64,000 bases of DNA from Lama guanicoe (Eukaryota). Under the pieces are notes generated by a model. It saw nothing but the letters and a program-made list of their open reading frames with translations. It did no database searches and was not told the DNA's origin. Every line of letters starts with the position of its first letter. The first letter of the stretch is position 1. A program made the translations under genes and the position numbers. The DNA lies in NCBI GenBank assembly GCA_013239625.1, contig MU054187.1:12007325-12071324 (forward strand), written 5' to 3'. Shown piece after piece: positions 22,661 to 36,555 of the stretch.

Positions 22661-23534
22661 CAATTCAAATAAATCATCTTGGGTTCTTGTTCTGCACGGG
22701 TCTTTGTTTTTTCTGTGTATTCTTTTCTCAATTCTTAATAACAGTGTGGCTATTACCATTTATCTCTCCGCTTTTCCTGCTTTTCACTGCACGGTGCTGC
22801 TCATCACCGTCACGGTTCAGTCAGTGCCCTCTTGAGTCTGCTGCTCTCAATTTGCTCCTACAGATCTAGCCAGGCTGTCTTCCTTAACCCCTTTTCCATA
22901 AGTGCAAATGCATAACATGTATCTTCTAAATTTAGTTTTTCTGAAATTAGCTAACTTAACCTTTCTCCCTTTTTTTGGTTCATTAAGAGATTTCTCTTGG
23001 CCACAAATTCAACTGAAACACATTTCCTAGACTGAATTCACTGATAAGTCATCTGTGAGTTCTACTCAGGCTGCAAAACATGTCTGAATTATTACTGTAC
23101 ATTCACTGCTTATATTTGCAAAATAAAATTTGAGGAAGATACCATCAAAATCTATTTTTATCACACTCCTGCCCCTGATTCTTCCTTATACTGATTATAT
23201 CAAGGATATTCTAATTCTGTTACAAAAAATCAACAAAACTAAATAATGGGGAAATTGTATGATGAAATTAGGACTATTGAAACATTTTACTGTTCCACAT
23301 TTTCATTTGCTGATAATTTTGCACACACTCAAAAAATGGGCCAAGGTGGACAGTATAAACTAAATCAGCTTCCTTTCTAGCCTCGTTCTAGAATGTCTTA
23401 CTCTACTGCCAAGGGTGGGGTGCTGAACGTTCCATTTCACAGCCATCACTGCAGCTAGGATTCTGGATGCAAATAAGGTTCCATAGATTAAATGCCACTT
23501 TGAGATATTAAAGCAGAAGACAGGTATAGGCCAT

Positions 23535-23998
23535 AGTACTAGTTTCCTAGGACTGCTGTAACAGCACCAAAAGCTGAATGCCTTGAAATAACAAAAATGT
23601 GTCATCTCACAGTCCAAAATCAAGGTATCAGCAGGACCAGGCACCTTCCGAAGTCTACAGAGGAGAATCCTCTCCTGACTCTTCCTGCTTTCTGGTGGTG
23701 ACTGTCATTCTAAGTGTCCTTTGATTTATGGCAGCATTACTCCAAACTCTGCCTCCATCTTTGCATGGGAACTTCCCTGTGGATTTACCATTGTCTTCCT
23801 TCTGTGTATGTCCCTGTGTGTGTCTAAATATTCTCTTTTGATAAAGACAACAGTTCTGTTGGACTAGGACCCACCCTAATAATGACCTCACCTAAATTTC
23901 ACTACATCTGTAAAGCCTGTACTTCCAAACAAGCTCACATTTTTATGTCCCCGGGGTTAGGACTTCAATCTATCTTTTTTGGCAATTCAACCCATCAT
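23535..23998 (-). mobile_element. MLT1B/C-like MaLR LTR
   Basis: ctagtttcctaggactgctgtaaca...aaaatcaaggtatcagcagg...ggggttaggacttcaa...gcaattcaacccatca. Confidence 0.82.
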
Positions 23999-24434
23999 CC
24001 TGACAGTTTCGGTTGGTTGGTTTTAACTAGCAAGTAAGGTTGTGGAAACATGAAATTTTCCTATATCACATCTCTAGTCCCAGCCAGTTTGTTAGTATGG
24101 AGAGGAAGTTGCAGCAGTGACTTCCAAATTCTAGAATTAAATACTCAAAGCTATTTAATACAGGAAATTGAGTATACATAAAAGTTAAGTAAATATGAGC
24201 AAGCTCTAGGCCTATAGAAATGATTTCTAGAATGCTATATAACTTACTTGCCATAAGAGCTATTGTCTTTGAAACTGCCACTGAAAGTCTTGATTTGAAG
24301 AACACTTACCTATAATTACTGTACCCACAGTCAACAACAGTGTACTCTACATTTCAAGATTTCTTAAGAGGGGAGATCGCACATTGTGTTCTTATCATAA
24401 TAAAATAATATTAAAGAAGTTAAGAGTAATCTAA

Positions 24435-24552
24435 GGGGTGGGTACAGCTCAGTGGCAGAGTGTGTACGTAGCATGCATGAGGTCCTGGGTTCAATCCTCA
24501 GTGCCTCCTTTAGAAATGAAAGGAAGGAAGGAAGAAAGGAGGAAAAAAGAAA
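24435..24552 (+). mobile_element. Vic-1-type SINE
   Basis: ggggtgggtacagctcagtggcagag...gaggtcctgggttcaatcctcagtgcctcc plus GA-rich tail. Confidence 0.88.
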
Positions 24553-26428
24553 GACCGACCTTTAGAGTTTTTTTTTAAAAAAGCATTTGTAATCCTCTTT
24601 CATCATCACATGATGATCTGTCACACCAGAAGAGCTGCACCAGATATAAATACACCTTTCTAAACCAGTAGACATTTTTTCCTAATCATGCCCCACCATG
24701 ACATTTTAATACTACAAATGTGCTATTTATGGACTTTCTCCCCTTGGAGGGCCACAAACCAAGGTACTATCTATTGATGTAGCACAGATATTTTTGTCTC
24801 CACTTCCCCCATCCCCAAGAATCAGTTATCATCCCCTCAGAGTGAAATTGCCCCCACCATCCTGCCCAGCCTCCCTCCTTGAGAATGCTTGGTCTGTGTT
24901 AACCAGAAAAGCCTCTGATGGGCATGTCTTGAGTAACCTTTGATACCCACATCCTGACATGGTTCATCTGAATACCACTGCTGTACAGCTGCAGCAGATG
25001 CAGAATGGTCCACTTAAAACCCAGCCCCAGTTCTGACATTCAGAAGCACCATACAAACAAATACATAAATTAAATCAAAGGTATTTATCACCTATTTTTT
25101 TCTACCACTTTTAGAGAAGAACGAACTATCATTGATAATTTTTGAAAAGATGAGCCTGGACAAATGATCTTGTCTGGACTAAATCAAAATGACCTTCCAT
25201 GTGTTTTATCCACCACTGTATGATGTGTAATTGATCAAGTGATGAAAACTGACAGGAAGTGATGCCCACACAAGAGCTGGGAGTTATCAAATCACTGCCC
25301 AACGAGTCTTCTGCATTGTACTGCAAGATCATGAATTCTCCCCACTTTCTATATTTCATTTTAAATCGTCTAATGTTCTGCCCAAGGTCAGAAAGTTCCC
25401 ATGTTCATTAATTGTGGTGAGGTGAGATTTTTGCTGAGTATTAGGAAATAATAATGATCATTTAACAACTAGGACAGAGGATAATCCACTGCTGAAAATA
25501 GTGTCCACAACCAGCTTGGAAAGTGTTCTATGGAAGGAAATGTACTCAGGCAAATGCCAGTGACTTGCCACTTTGCCAGAATATTCTTCCTGAAGTGTGT
25601 TTGGGACTGACTTCTCACACACCAAACCCAGGCCGAACCCATCCTTAAATTATTTCTAATGAATTGTGCTTTGGTAGCCAACCTTCAGCCTACAATGAGG
25701 CAATGTTAACAGAAATAACCGTATGACACTCACACTTAATGTAAGAATGTGGGTGAGCATACTGTTCAGTACATAATACGAAGTCCTCTGCCTACCAGTA
25801 GAAATTTATCTTTGGTTTCAGCTCCAGGAATGGCTGTACTTTTCCCTCAGCTGCCAGTTTATTTTTAGATACAAACCATAAACAGTAGACCGTGGACATT
25901 TGCAGATTTGATCGTTGTGTTTTCAACAGCTCAAAAGAGACAAGTCCTAGGGACCTCAAGTTTAACTCACAGCCACAGCAGTGCCATATGCGGCATGACA
26001 CTCATGCTGAGAACCGGGTCTGACACCCCAGCATGCACATGCCAGCACAGCTGGGTTGTCGGCTGAACTGCATCTTTCTTCACACACTGTCCTGTCCCAC
26101 CACGCTTTCCTCCTCCTGGGGACTGCTAGAGAACTCAGAGCCTTCTAAAGTGAATTAGAATCCACTGCATCAGTGCTGGGCTCAGTAAGCTCAGGCTTTC
26201 CAGGTGCCCTTCCGAAGGGCTAAGTGGACTGCAAGGTGACATTTCACCATGAACGGCGGTCAGAGAGCTCAGCTGTGGGGGAACCCTAAGCTGGACTCTG
26301 CAACAGGACAGAACAGAGCAGAACAGAGCTCGGGGCCACTCCACAAACAGAAGTGCTCACTTCCAGGAAAAAGCTCCGTCCTGGCTGAGAAAAGGGATGA
26401 GAACAAATTTAAAAAGAAACGGAAGGTA

Positions 26429-26552
26429 GGGGAGGGTATAGCGCATGCATATTAGCATGTATGAGGTCCTGGGTTCAATCCCCAGTACCTCCATTAAAAT
26501 AAATAAGTAAATAAACCTAATTGCCTCCTCCACCATCACACACACACACAAG
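26429..26552 (+). mobile_element. Vic-1-type SINE with internal deletion of the A-box 3' half
   Basis: ggggagggtatagc|gcatgcatattagc lacks tcagtggtagag; B box intact; TSD-like aagaaa(c/t)ggaa. Confidence 0.82.
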
Positions 26553-27484
26553 AAGAAATGGAAATACACATCTTTCTCCCAAATGAAAGGAAAAAAGGGG
26601 TCATCTTTCCCAGCAAATGAGGGAGAAGTACCAATTCCAGCAGTTTTGAAACTGGCTTCTGGGTATTTCCAGCAGAGGGTGCTCAGGAATCAATACAAAG
26701 GACAGCAATGTGCTCTACCTCTTAGGGAAAATCCAGAGAAGCCCATACTGGTTGCCCACCCAGCTGAGAAGTTTCTCTAGAGAAGGCACTTGGGGTAACA
26801 TTCTGGGTGTAAGCCGGGAGCGATTACAAAGTGTTTACACAGAAGGGGGAGATGTAGGGGGGATCTGCCCCTAGAAATCCTTGGTGCTTCAGCCACCCTT
26901 AGAACAGTCACCAAAAATAAGTAAAATATCTCTAGCAATTAATAACTTTAACTTTTATTAATAACTTCCCCAGTATGTCCTATCTGTACTTTGGACATTC
27001 ACTTTATAAGCCCATTTTCAGTGCCTTTTATGGGCAAGCAAGATGCCGCATGCTGTGGAGACTTGAAATGTGTGAATCCAGTCTCTGTCTGCAAAGAATC
27101 TATTTTAAAAGGGAAGATGAGACAAATAGACAGGTTACCGCATTCTACCAGTCAGAATATGGCTAACTCCATCAGAGAGGCACAGTGGGTGGGTGACAGT
27201 AGAAAAGTTCATGGGGGGCTGAGGAGAAAAATGAGGAGACCATTTGCAGATGGGGGCTCACCAGACCACTGCTTGCTTACTGAGCATTATTCTGGGCAGT
27301 CTCTAGGTCTTTACAAAGGTCCTGCTACTGTGGACATCAAAATGCCCTCTGAGGCAAGAACTGATAAAAATCACTGCTGTTTGCCTTGGAGAACATCCAG
27401 ACTTGATATTAGACTTTGTGTATCTTTTATACTCATGATATTCAGACAAGGTATTATTATTATTCTCACTATACTTTTTTTATT

Positions 27485-27660
27485 CTTGTTTTTTACTGAA
27501 GTGTAATCGATTTACAAGGTTAGTTTCAGGTGTCCAGCAAAGTGATTCGGTTATACATATACCTATAAATATTTTCAGTTTCTTTTCCATTTTGGCTCAT
27601 TACAAAAAATTGAGTATAATCCCCTAGGCTATACAGTAGGTCCAGCCTATCTATTTTATT
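27485..27660 (-). mobile_element. L1 3' end fragment
   Basis: ttttactgaagtgtaatcgatttacaa...agtttcaggtgtccagcaaagtgattcggttatac...ctatacagtaggtcc. Confidence 0.78.
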
Positions 27661-28971
27661 ATCCTCAGATGAAGACACTGAGTGCAGGGGTCACCCGTTA
27701 AATGTCCTCACGGCCAGGATCTGAACCTGAGTCTGTTGAAGTCAAAAACCTGTGTTGTGGGTTCTCATCACTCCATTCTGCCTCTCTCAAGAGTAACACT
27801 CTCAGTAACTGCATTTTACTAAAAGACAATGTTTTGAAGGGAAAAGTACATAAGAGCCAAAGGAGAAAAGGTTTGGCAAACAGTGGGCCTTTGAGGAAGG
27901 AGGGAAAGATTTTTGTTCAGGTGGTTCTGACAACGTATCCCAGAGGCATACAGCCATCTCCATTACTCCTAGGTCTACCATTTCCCTCGGCAAAACCGCT
28001 AGTTAGCAGCCAACTTTGAATGCTAACAACAGTCATTTTCAGATGACCTGAAGTGTCTACCTAGGACCTTTGTACCTGAAAGCCAAGTGGAAAATGCTGT
28101 GTGACTCTTTTCCACAAGTCCTGTAGGTGGCACCCGCGCACTGGCTTCAGCAGAAGGACCGCAGCGATGACCTTCCAGGAATCCTAACAGGCATAGAGCA
28201 CTCACCAGACTCCTTTCACTCAAAGTGAGAAAGAAGGAAGTAAATACAGCCTTGCTCTCTAACCTCACCTAAAAATTCTCCCACCTGAAGAGGATATAAC
28301 AGAGAAGTGCCAGCCTCCAGATACCTCTAAGCCTGACCGGCCATGTGACCTGGAGCAGACACCCAACCTATAAGAAAACGAGAAGGGTGTTCTAGACAGC
28401 CTCTAACATCCCTTCTAACTCATACAGTTTATTTTGTTACTCCTCCAACCCCACCCAAAGAATCCTGAATAGTCCCTAAGGGGAAAAAAAGGGAATTTTT
28501 AAAATCAAACTTTAAAAGGACAATGAGGGTGATCTAGCTGAAAAAGTCATTCATTCTTGGAAACCCTCTGCCACAATTCCCCCAAAAGGTTACCACCATC
28601 CAGGACTCATCAGTTCACTAACTCACAGGACAGCCGGTATGACCACTGGGAAGTTCCTATCGCTGAGTTCCCACGCTGGCCCTAATCCTACGTTCTCGGG
28701 TCAGTCTAACCCCATGGGCAGCCCTCCCTCTGTCAAGAGACAGTGACCATGCCCCCTACTTCCCACACATGCACGCACGCACACACGCACGCGCACACCC
28801 CCAGCCTGTCTGTATCCCTTTTAATCCTGGTATCTAGAAGTCAATGAAACGCTCTAAGTCTAACCGAAGTGGATTCGAACAAAACTGTCAAGTTCCTTCT
28901 TCCAAACACTGCACCTTTATTATTTCACAGTATTAGTAGCCACATTGCACTAGACACGCCTAAACAACTCC

Positions 28972-30008
28972 GGTCAACATGGCCCAATACAGCGGCCACC
29001 CAGCCACCTGTGGTCACTGAGCCCTTGACATATGGCCCATGAGACTGAGGAGCCAGATTATTTTAATTTATGTAATTTTAAATTAATTTAAACTGAAAAA
29101 CAGATACTCAGTTTAGTTAGTAGAAAGCTTTTAAATGTTTGAAACAAACTGGATGTGTGAATCTACTTCTTCAACTGTAAATCTTATGAAATCTAAATAT
29201 GATTAAGTACTTACAGTGAAGGATAAAGAAGCTGCTGTGTGTGTGTGTGCGCGCGCGCGTGTGTGCATAAAATGGAATACTACTCAGCCATAAAAAATAA
29301 TGCCATTTGCAGCAACATGGATGGACCTAGAGATTGTCATACCAAGTAAAGTAAGCCAGAAAGAGAAAGAAAAGTATCATGTGGTATCACTTCTATGTGA
29401 AATCTTAAAGAAAAAAAAGGGGAGGGGACACAAATGAACTTATTTACAAAACAGAGACTGACTCACAGACATAGAGAACAAACTTATGGTTACCAGGAGG
29501 GGAAGAGGGTAGGGAGACATAAATTGGGAGTTCAGGATTTGCAGATACTAACTACTATATATAAAATAGATAAACAACAAGGTCCTATATTCAATACCTT
29601 ATCATAGCCTACAATGAAAAAGATACGAAAAGGAATGTGTGTGTGTGTGTGTGTGTATTATAAATGAATCACTATACTGTACACCAGAAATTAACACAAC
29701 AGTGTAAATTGACTATATTTCCATTTAAAAAAAAAAGTATTTCCAGTGAAAATTTAGCTTCTGGATTGCAATGTGCTCTAAATGTAAAATGCACACAGGA
29801 TTTCAAAGACTTTATATACAAATGTAAATATCTTCACAATTTTATGTTACTTTTACTTATCAAAATGATGATTTTTGGATAAATTGGGTTCAATAAAATA
29901 TATTATAAAAATGAATTTTATCTGTTTCCTTTTACTTTTATTAATAGACCTACTAGAAAATGTAAAGTTACATATGTGGCTTATAATTGTTCTATTAGAC
30001 CATACTCC
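28972..30008. mobile_element. hAT-Charlie (Charlie1-like) DNA transposon interrupted by an L1
   Basis: gccacccagccacctgtggtcactgagcccttga...; ttggataaattgggttcaataaaatatatt...aaagttacatatgtggct. Confidence 0.72.
29221..29734 (+). mobile_element. Young 5'-truncated L1 3' end
   Basis: L1 ORF2 end/3'UTR text, polyA, 16-bp TSD aagta(c/t)tt(a/c)cagtgaa at 29205 and 29735. Confidence 0.9.
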
Positions 30009-30739
30009 TCCAAATTATTCAGAGTAGCTCCAAATAGCTGCCTGTGCAAATTTGTCCAGTTGGGTTTTCAGATTCCAATATCAAACCTTCTATTAATCCT
30101 TTTTACATTTCTATTTCTAACATCTGATTTATTATTCTAGCCAGGCAATATGGTCTTTAGGAGTTTTGATCCCATATATTTGTAGTCCCCTTCAACTTCA
30201 CGCTTCCCACCAACTTGATAAGTAAACTTAGTTTATAGTCATCCAAGTCTTCAGTTAAAATATTGACAAAGTCAAGGCTGAAGGCATTATAAGAAATCAC
30301 TACTCATGTTAAAAAACAACACATTAACTAAGCATTACCTTGGATGTGCTTTTTTTTTTTTTAGCTAAATAATAACTCCCTTAATGTAATAGGATAAAGA
30401 CAGTACTTTTCAATCTTCCACGGATGCCTCATCTTCCTATCTCCTGCCAAAGAGCTGCTGGACAGAAAGCTCGGGGCAATCAGCGAGGTCAGGGTCAGGG
30501 TAGGCCTGGGGCTGGGGGCGAGGCATCTAAGGAGACTAACCCCCGCAGCACAGAGGCTGAGATAATTGAGGCAGCAGCTCCAGAGCACAGGCGGTACCAA
30601 ACCGGGCAAGAGGCGCAGGCTCTCCGGGGCCTGAGCGATGGAGTTAAAACTGTTCAATGAGCTTGCTTTCCAGGTGGAGGTTCAGGACGAGCCAGCCTTT
30701 CCCTCTCGCTCTCATGCCCCATTGTCTCCCTTACTTGGG

Positions 30740-31690
30740 GTCAGGAACTTTTAGAGGACTCTTAAGACATCCTTTCATTCAAACTTCTGGTCTGTTCTAC
30801 ATCCCTACAAAATTGGCATTTTAAACCGTCCAGTCACTGCTAAAACATCTCCGCCAGCAGGGTCCTCGGCGCTCTTTCATTAGGAAACATTCCATTTGCA
30901 AAACACTTGAATTGTCAAGGAATCCTTCCTTAAATTAAGTGACAGTCTGACTCTTTACAACTTCAACCCACAGGTCTTACTTCTGCCTTCTGAATAAACC
31001 CAGTGCTTCTCCAACACGGCGGGTATAGTTATATCTGTATGAAGGCAGTTAAGTGACCCTTAGTTCTTTTCATTTCCAGACGACTGTATCCCTAGTACTT
31101 CAGTCATTCTTCTTTGACATGGTTTCGAATCACTTTACCATCCCAGGTACCCTCCTCCAACACACTAGCGCGCTCATCAACATCCCTCATAAAGAGCACA
31201 GTACCCAGCACTGAGCACAGCACCCAGCACTAAGCACAGTACCCAGCACTGAGCACAGCAGCCCTATGGGGTATCACCTCCCTCCCTCCCTCCTGACGCC
31301 ATTTCCTCTAACACAGACTAATGATTAGAGACACTCACGTTCTACGACTGACACATCCTGAACTTGCAATGCACTCAAACGCACAGATGATTTTATGCGA
31401 TGCTATCCACTGCACATGTGCCCTCATGCATCTAATGGTAATCATGTGGGACATGGTTCCATGGAATTGAGGAGTGTCCTCAGGTTGCTGCCCAACACAA
31501 TCTCTGGTCAGCCACTGAGAGTTGACACACCGGTGTGGCCTATTTGACACCCAAAGGCCAAGTTAAATCTCCCCTCCCCTGTACCTCTGCAGCTGATTTT
31601 TATCTGACAAATCAAAGGCCTTTACATTTATCCTTCAACGAATTTATTGATATTAGATTTGGCTCATCAAGTCCAGTTTCATCATCTGCA
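30740..31690. mobile_element. Ancient L3/CR1-like LINE remnant
   Basis: Degraded motifs ttccttcttaaatt...cttcaacccacaggtctta...atcacctccctc...tttacatttatccttcaacgaattt. Confidence 0.45.
31194..31260. repeat. 19-bp minisatellite, ~3.5 copies
   Basis: gagcacagtacccagcact gagcacagcacccagcact aagcacagtacccagcact gagcacagca. Confidence 0.92.
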
Positions 31691-33394
31691 TAACATAGTG
31701 CTTAGCAGAACATTGATGACTCCATCCAAATATTCCCCTTTGTCCTATTTTTCATTTAGTATTGCTCCCTAATGGTTACTGGAAATTATCTACTTTATTA
31801 TCCAATGTATTTATTGAATGGACTTTTATGTTGTCACCTTTAAAAAAGTAGTATTTCCATTTCATATAAAATCAGCTGCTTTGTAAAATTCATGTGGCAC
31901 TGCTTTTTATGTCCATTTCAATTATAAGTTTTTATTGAGAATCTATGGGCTACAAGCGGCAGTCATCAATATGTTCCAGAAAACAGACAGGCTTCACTCT
32001 TAAACTAGCCTGAGCCTTAATTCATCACAATAATTTCTTCCCAGGAGCAGAAGGCTCCGTGATCCTCAACTAACACTTTCCTGAGTTATTGTCATTGTCA
32101 TAGAAGCCCTTAGGGCCAGGGCAGAAGACCTGAATCCTTTAGGAGCAAAACTAAAGCATAAGCTTTAGTTTTCTCCAGGGACCCTGCAGCTGGAAGAGTA
32201 TGCAGATGGAATGTTCTGGTTTTGAACTTTTGTACTACGTGCAACAAACACACTCAGCAGAGGCAGATTAGGAATCATAACCAGAATCTTCTGGTTCCCA
32301 CAAAACTGGCAATTGAGGCTCAATGTCCAGTAATCGAAGGTTCTTAGGAACAAACCAGATCTCCAGGGGAGCTGTATCTCAGATCCCTGGCAAGGAGCAA
32401 GCCTTGGGTCCCTGAAGCAGTATTGCAGTCAAATGATGTCCTTGTGGCTAAGGGTGCAGATTTTTACACACCTATCTTCACCCCAATTACAGAACTCTGT
32501 ATCCACTTGTCAGAACATGTTAAGCAGGTGTTGAATCATTGACCAGCCTTGCTCACCCACAGGCCTGTAAATCAGATATTCTAGGAAAGTGAATATGATT
32601 CACATAACTCCTTCCCCTCTCCCTGTCCTTTAGCCAGCCACTGTATTATCACGGACGTGCTCCTCTGCTAGGCAGTCTATGTTCTGATTGAACTTACCCA
32701 AAGACTACAGTGTGATGAAGTGGTTTAAGCACAGAAGCTGCAGAGAGAGATCCATTTTTCAATCCAACTAGCAGGTTAATGATTGTATGTCACTTTGGAA
32801 AATCATCACCTCTTTCTGGAAATGAAAACTAACTCCACATCACATGCATGTTGCTCTGTGTTGGGTAAGACTCTCTAACGTTTAGGGGGAGAGGTCAAGG
32901 CCTCCCTCCCACCCTGCACTCCCACCTCTCCAAAGGAGCTCTGATAAAGGACGAAACAGCGTCCCCAGGGTGCGTGATCTAGAAACATTACTGGAACTTT
33001 TTGTGGGAGGAAAAACGGAGCTTAAAAGGCCTGGCATCCACCACCAAGCACAGGTAAGAGGGACGCAGGGCCCTGTCCAGCTTGTGGGGTCCAGCAGGCC
33101 CCGGGTTAGGGCCCGGGTTACAAGAAGCAAGCCCAGAGCAGGGAAACTCCAGCTGCCTCTTTCCTTCATCTTAGGACGGGAGGAAGAAAGAAATTCGGAG
33201 GTTCCCCTACTATCCTCCTCAGCTTATCAACAGGAGAGACCTGATAGGGATTTGGGGCAAACTTGTAGGAGGAATATATATGTATTTGCCTGCATGGGCC
33301 TCTTCTCCTGGAACCAAGAATCTGAGTAGGAGCTGGGAAGGGACTTGGACTGTCAGCCTGGGAAAACCCGTCTCCCCAAATGCAGGGCATTCTG

Positions 33395-33610
33395 GAAGCA
33401 GAATCCCGGAGTCAGGTGAGCTGGGTTTCCATCTTGGCTCAACCTCGGACCAACTGTGTGACCTTGGAGCTGCAGTTCCTCCCCTGTGAGACGAGGATAA
33501 GAATGGCACCCACCTCGGAGGGCTAAGAATGGAAAGTGTTGAAGCACAGAACGAGATTACAGGGAGTGAGTGCAGAATAAGAGCTCCATAAACATCAGCC
33601 ATTGTGATTA
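33395..33610 (+). mobile_element. MIR SINE
   Basis: ggagtcagg..ctgggttt..cttggctc..caactgtgtgaccttgg...ctgcagttcctcccctgtga. Confidence 0.65.
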
Positions 33611-33904
33611 TAACCAGGCTTTTCAAGCCGAGTTAGAACACACTGATCTGGCAGAATCAGGGCCCTTAATTCATATTATAAATACCCACATGGAGCCTCA
33701 GATAGGTCAGCAGTAGATAAAAACTCCCCAGGGCAGCCCCCAGAGAGACTGTCTCATAAAGGAGGGAGCTTCTGGGGAAAGTCTGATTATTATTAGTCAC
33801 ATCAGTTTCTACCTCCATCTCCAACTGCAGCAGCAACAACTCAGAACCTGAAAGGAGTAAATACTAGGTGGTGGCGAGAAAAAGTGGTAGATTTGTACGA
33901 AATC

Positions 33905-34490
33905 CCTGAGCTCCTGATGTCTTTGTTGTAGTGCAGGGGGAGAGCCAACAAATCAATAAACCAACACAAATTGGATACACTGGGGTAAGTATCACGAAGA
34001 AACACAAAGCAAGGTAAGGGGATAGAGGGTGCTGGGGTGGGACTTTGGATGTCATGGGCTAGAAGGTCTTCTCAGAGGAGATGGCATCTGAGCAGAGAAC
34101 TGACTGAAGGGAGGAGACAACTGGACAATTGGAAGAGCAGCATGTGCAAAGGTCCTGAGGCGCAGCCTTGGTATTCAGTGCATAGGGAGGCTTGTGGGCA
34201 GGAGGCAGGCAGTTGGGGGGTTGAGTAAATAGGCAACTCACCACCACACACCTCCACTGTGTGCTCCTTCTTCTTTTTTCATAGTGCTCATCAGCTTCTA
34301 AGAAGCTATATATTACTTACATAGCATATTTATTTTTCACTATCTCCCCTGGCCAGAACGCAAGCCCCCACAGCACAGGGATCTCATCTGTTTGCTTCAT
34401 GGATCCAACTCAAGCATCCATCTACAACTGGCCCTTTGCATGATGCATGGAACCCATGGTAAGTACTGGGTGGATGAAGGAATGACACGT
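33905..34490. mobile_element. L2 fragments (two pieces, opposite orientations)
   Basis: gaaggtcttctcagaggagatggcatctgagcagaga...gcatgtgcaaaggtcctgagg; ggatctcatctgtttgcttca. Confidence 0.6.
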
Positions 34491-36555
34491 TGGCCAAGAA
34501 AAAGATGGGGTTTGTTCTAAGGGCAATGGGACTTTGGGGCGATTTTAAATAGGAAAATTACATGATCAAACTTATGTTTTTGATTGCTTTAGCTACTGTG
34601 AGAAAAAAAGATGGATGGACGGATGGATAATTGGATGAAGCCCAGAGTCTATAACTCCTGCTTTTGCAGGGGAAGATTTTTCAGGTGCAGTTCAAGTAGG
34701 AAGCTGCTCTGCTCATTTTAGAGTTGAACGTTTTCCTCACTACCTGCACTCCTACCCTGTGGCTCAGAGGGACCCTCAGAGACAAGAGAGCTGTGGGACA
34801 GTGCGGTGGGGAGACCCTACCAGGAACGGGCAGGGGGCTTCCAAAAGCTGGCAAACCTCAACTCTTCAGAACACCGAGCAAGCAAAGAGAGACTGTTTCC
34901 ATAGCTGGGGTCAGAGCAGATCATGGGAAGACAGAGAGGGAGCCAGTAAAGGACCCCAGCAGCCAAGGGGAAGGAGGCTCAACCAGCAGAGACATGGTAG
35001 TGAGGATCCCACCAGCTTCCTCTGCAGAATCGGAGGTTAATGCCAGCTCCCTGATGCAAGGTCTTTGTGGTAGAGAGACTTCTGTTTAAGCTCATGGTTT
35101 CAGAAATCAGAGGTCTCACTCAATCATGTGGTCCAGCCATTCTCAGTTAAACTTTTTGATGTTATTCTGAGGTCCTGAATTAAAGAACCTCTTTGGGTAT
35201 TGATAAAATTAACGGTTCTAATGGGGTGAAAATGTCTATCAAATCTGATGTCCAGAGTATAGCACCTTCTACAGAATGGTGTCCTAATACCATCTGGGGT
35301 TATAATGTGCTCCACACACTTTCCTTCCTAGGTCAGATTACTTTTTATTAAACAATTTACTGACTTACAGTGTGTGTGATAAAGCAAGAATTCTGTGTAT
35401 ATGCCATGAGGCCAGATTCACTTTTTTTCATTTAATTTTTAACTGCACAGAATGACTGTTTCACCTCCTTCCAGAACAACATTTGCTCTAATCAGATGAG
35501 GAATCAGTCTGCAGAAAGACGAGGCATAAATGTTCCCATATACAGAAAAGAACTGGTGAGGTTTTTCCTCTTCAAAATGCACCTGCAGTCTTTCTTTACC
35601 TCTCTGCCTCTGGTTTCCTCTAGTGGCTCCTATAATCCTATGCAAGTGATATTTTACATTTCCTAAAACCTTTTAAAAGCTTGAAGTTTTGTAAATTAGA
35701 CAATATCGTCTTTCTCCTTTGGAAGAAGAAATTGCAGTCTTGTCTTTTACCTAAATCATTTTATGGGCCATTAATTGAATAGATAATGTTTCTCAGCAGA
35801 GGCTGAAGGGTCATTTACCATTTTCAACTTGACAACTACCTGTGATCACAAGAGAGCCATACAGAGAGAGGTGACACCGAGCTTTTATGCAGAGCACAGA
35901 TCTGGCTGGAATCAGAAAGCTGCACATTTTATCTCTTATTTTGTACTTACACATGAGGTGAGTAAGATGACTTTCAATTTCTTCACTATCTGAATCTTTG
36001 TTTTAATTGGAAATTTTGAATATCAGAAAGTCTTCTGGCTTTGGTTTTAGAAAACCAGATGGTATGTTTTGCTCTTTGAGATTCAAGAAGTCACCAAGCC
36101 AAAGATCTCATCCCAGATACCCACCCTTTGTGCCATAGACTGTCACCATTATTTTAATCAGAGGTACCAGAAGCACTGGACTGCTTGGACAGCCAGGATC
36201 AAAGAAGAACTCGGGTCTGTGAGAAAACAGCTCTGTAGTGATTAGATCACCAGAATCAGAGGAGTGGTAGTGACTCTCCTTTGTAAAGATGTCAAACAGA
36301 AAAAAAAAAAGAAAGAAAGAAAGAAAGAAAAAGGAGTTTCAATCAAAATGCTGAGTCCTTGCAATAAATACAGCTCCACATCAAATCACCTTCCAGTACC
36401 CCTTCCCTTACCGTCCCCCCATCTCCCCCCACATTTACCTCTAATAGTCTGACAAGACCCTGCTTCACTGCCTCAAAGGAGTCACTGAGGGCAGAGAGAC
36501 TCCACCACCACTGACATGGTCAGTTTCTTCCATCACAGGGGAATCAGCATAGCCT

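Noticed and set aside
26991..27506. 171-aa ORF
   Set aside because: Non-ATG start, no homology recognised, and it ends in MIR/L1-derived sequence
25129..28268. Several short minus-strand ORFs or exon-like segments (25129-25359, 28023-28268)
   Set aside because: No recognisable protein similarity and no consistent exon chain
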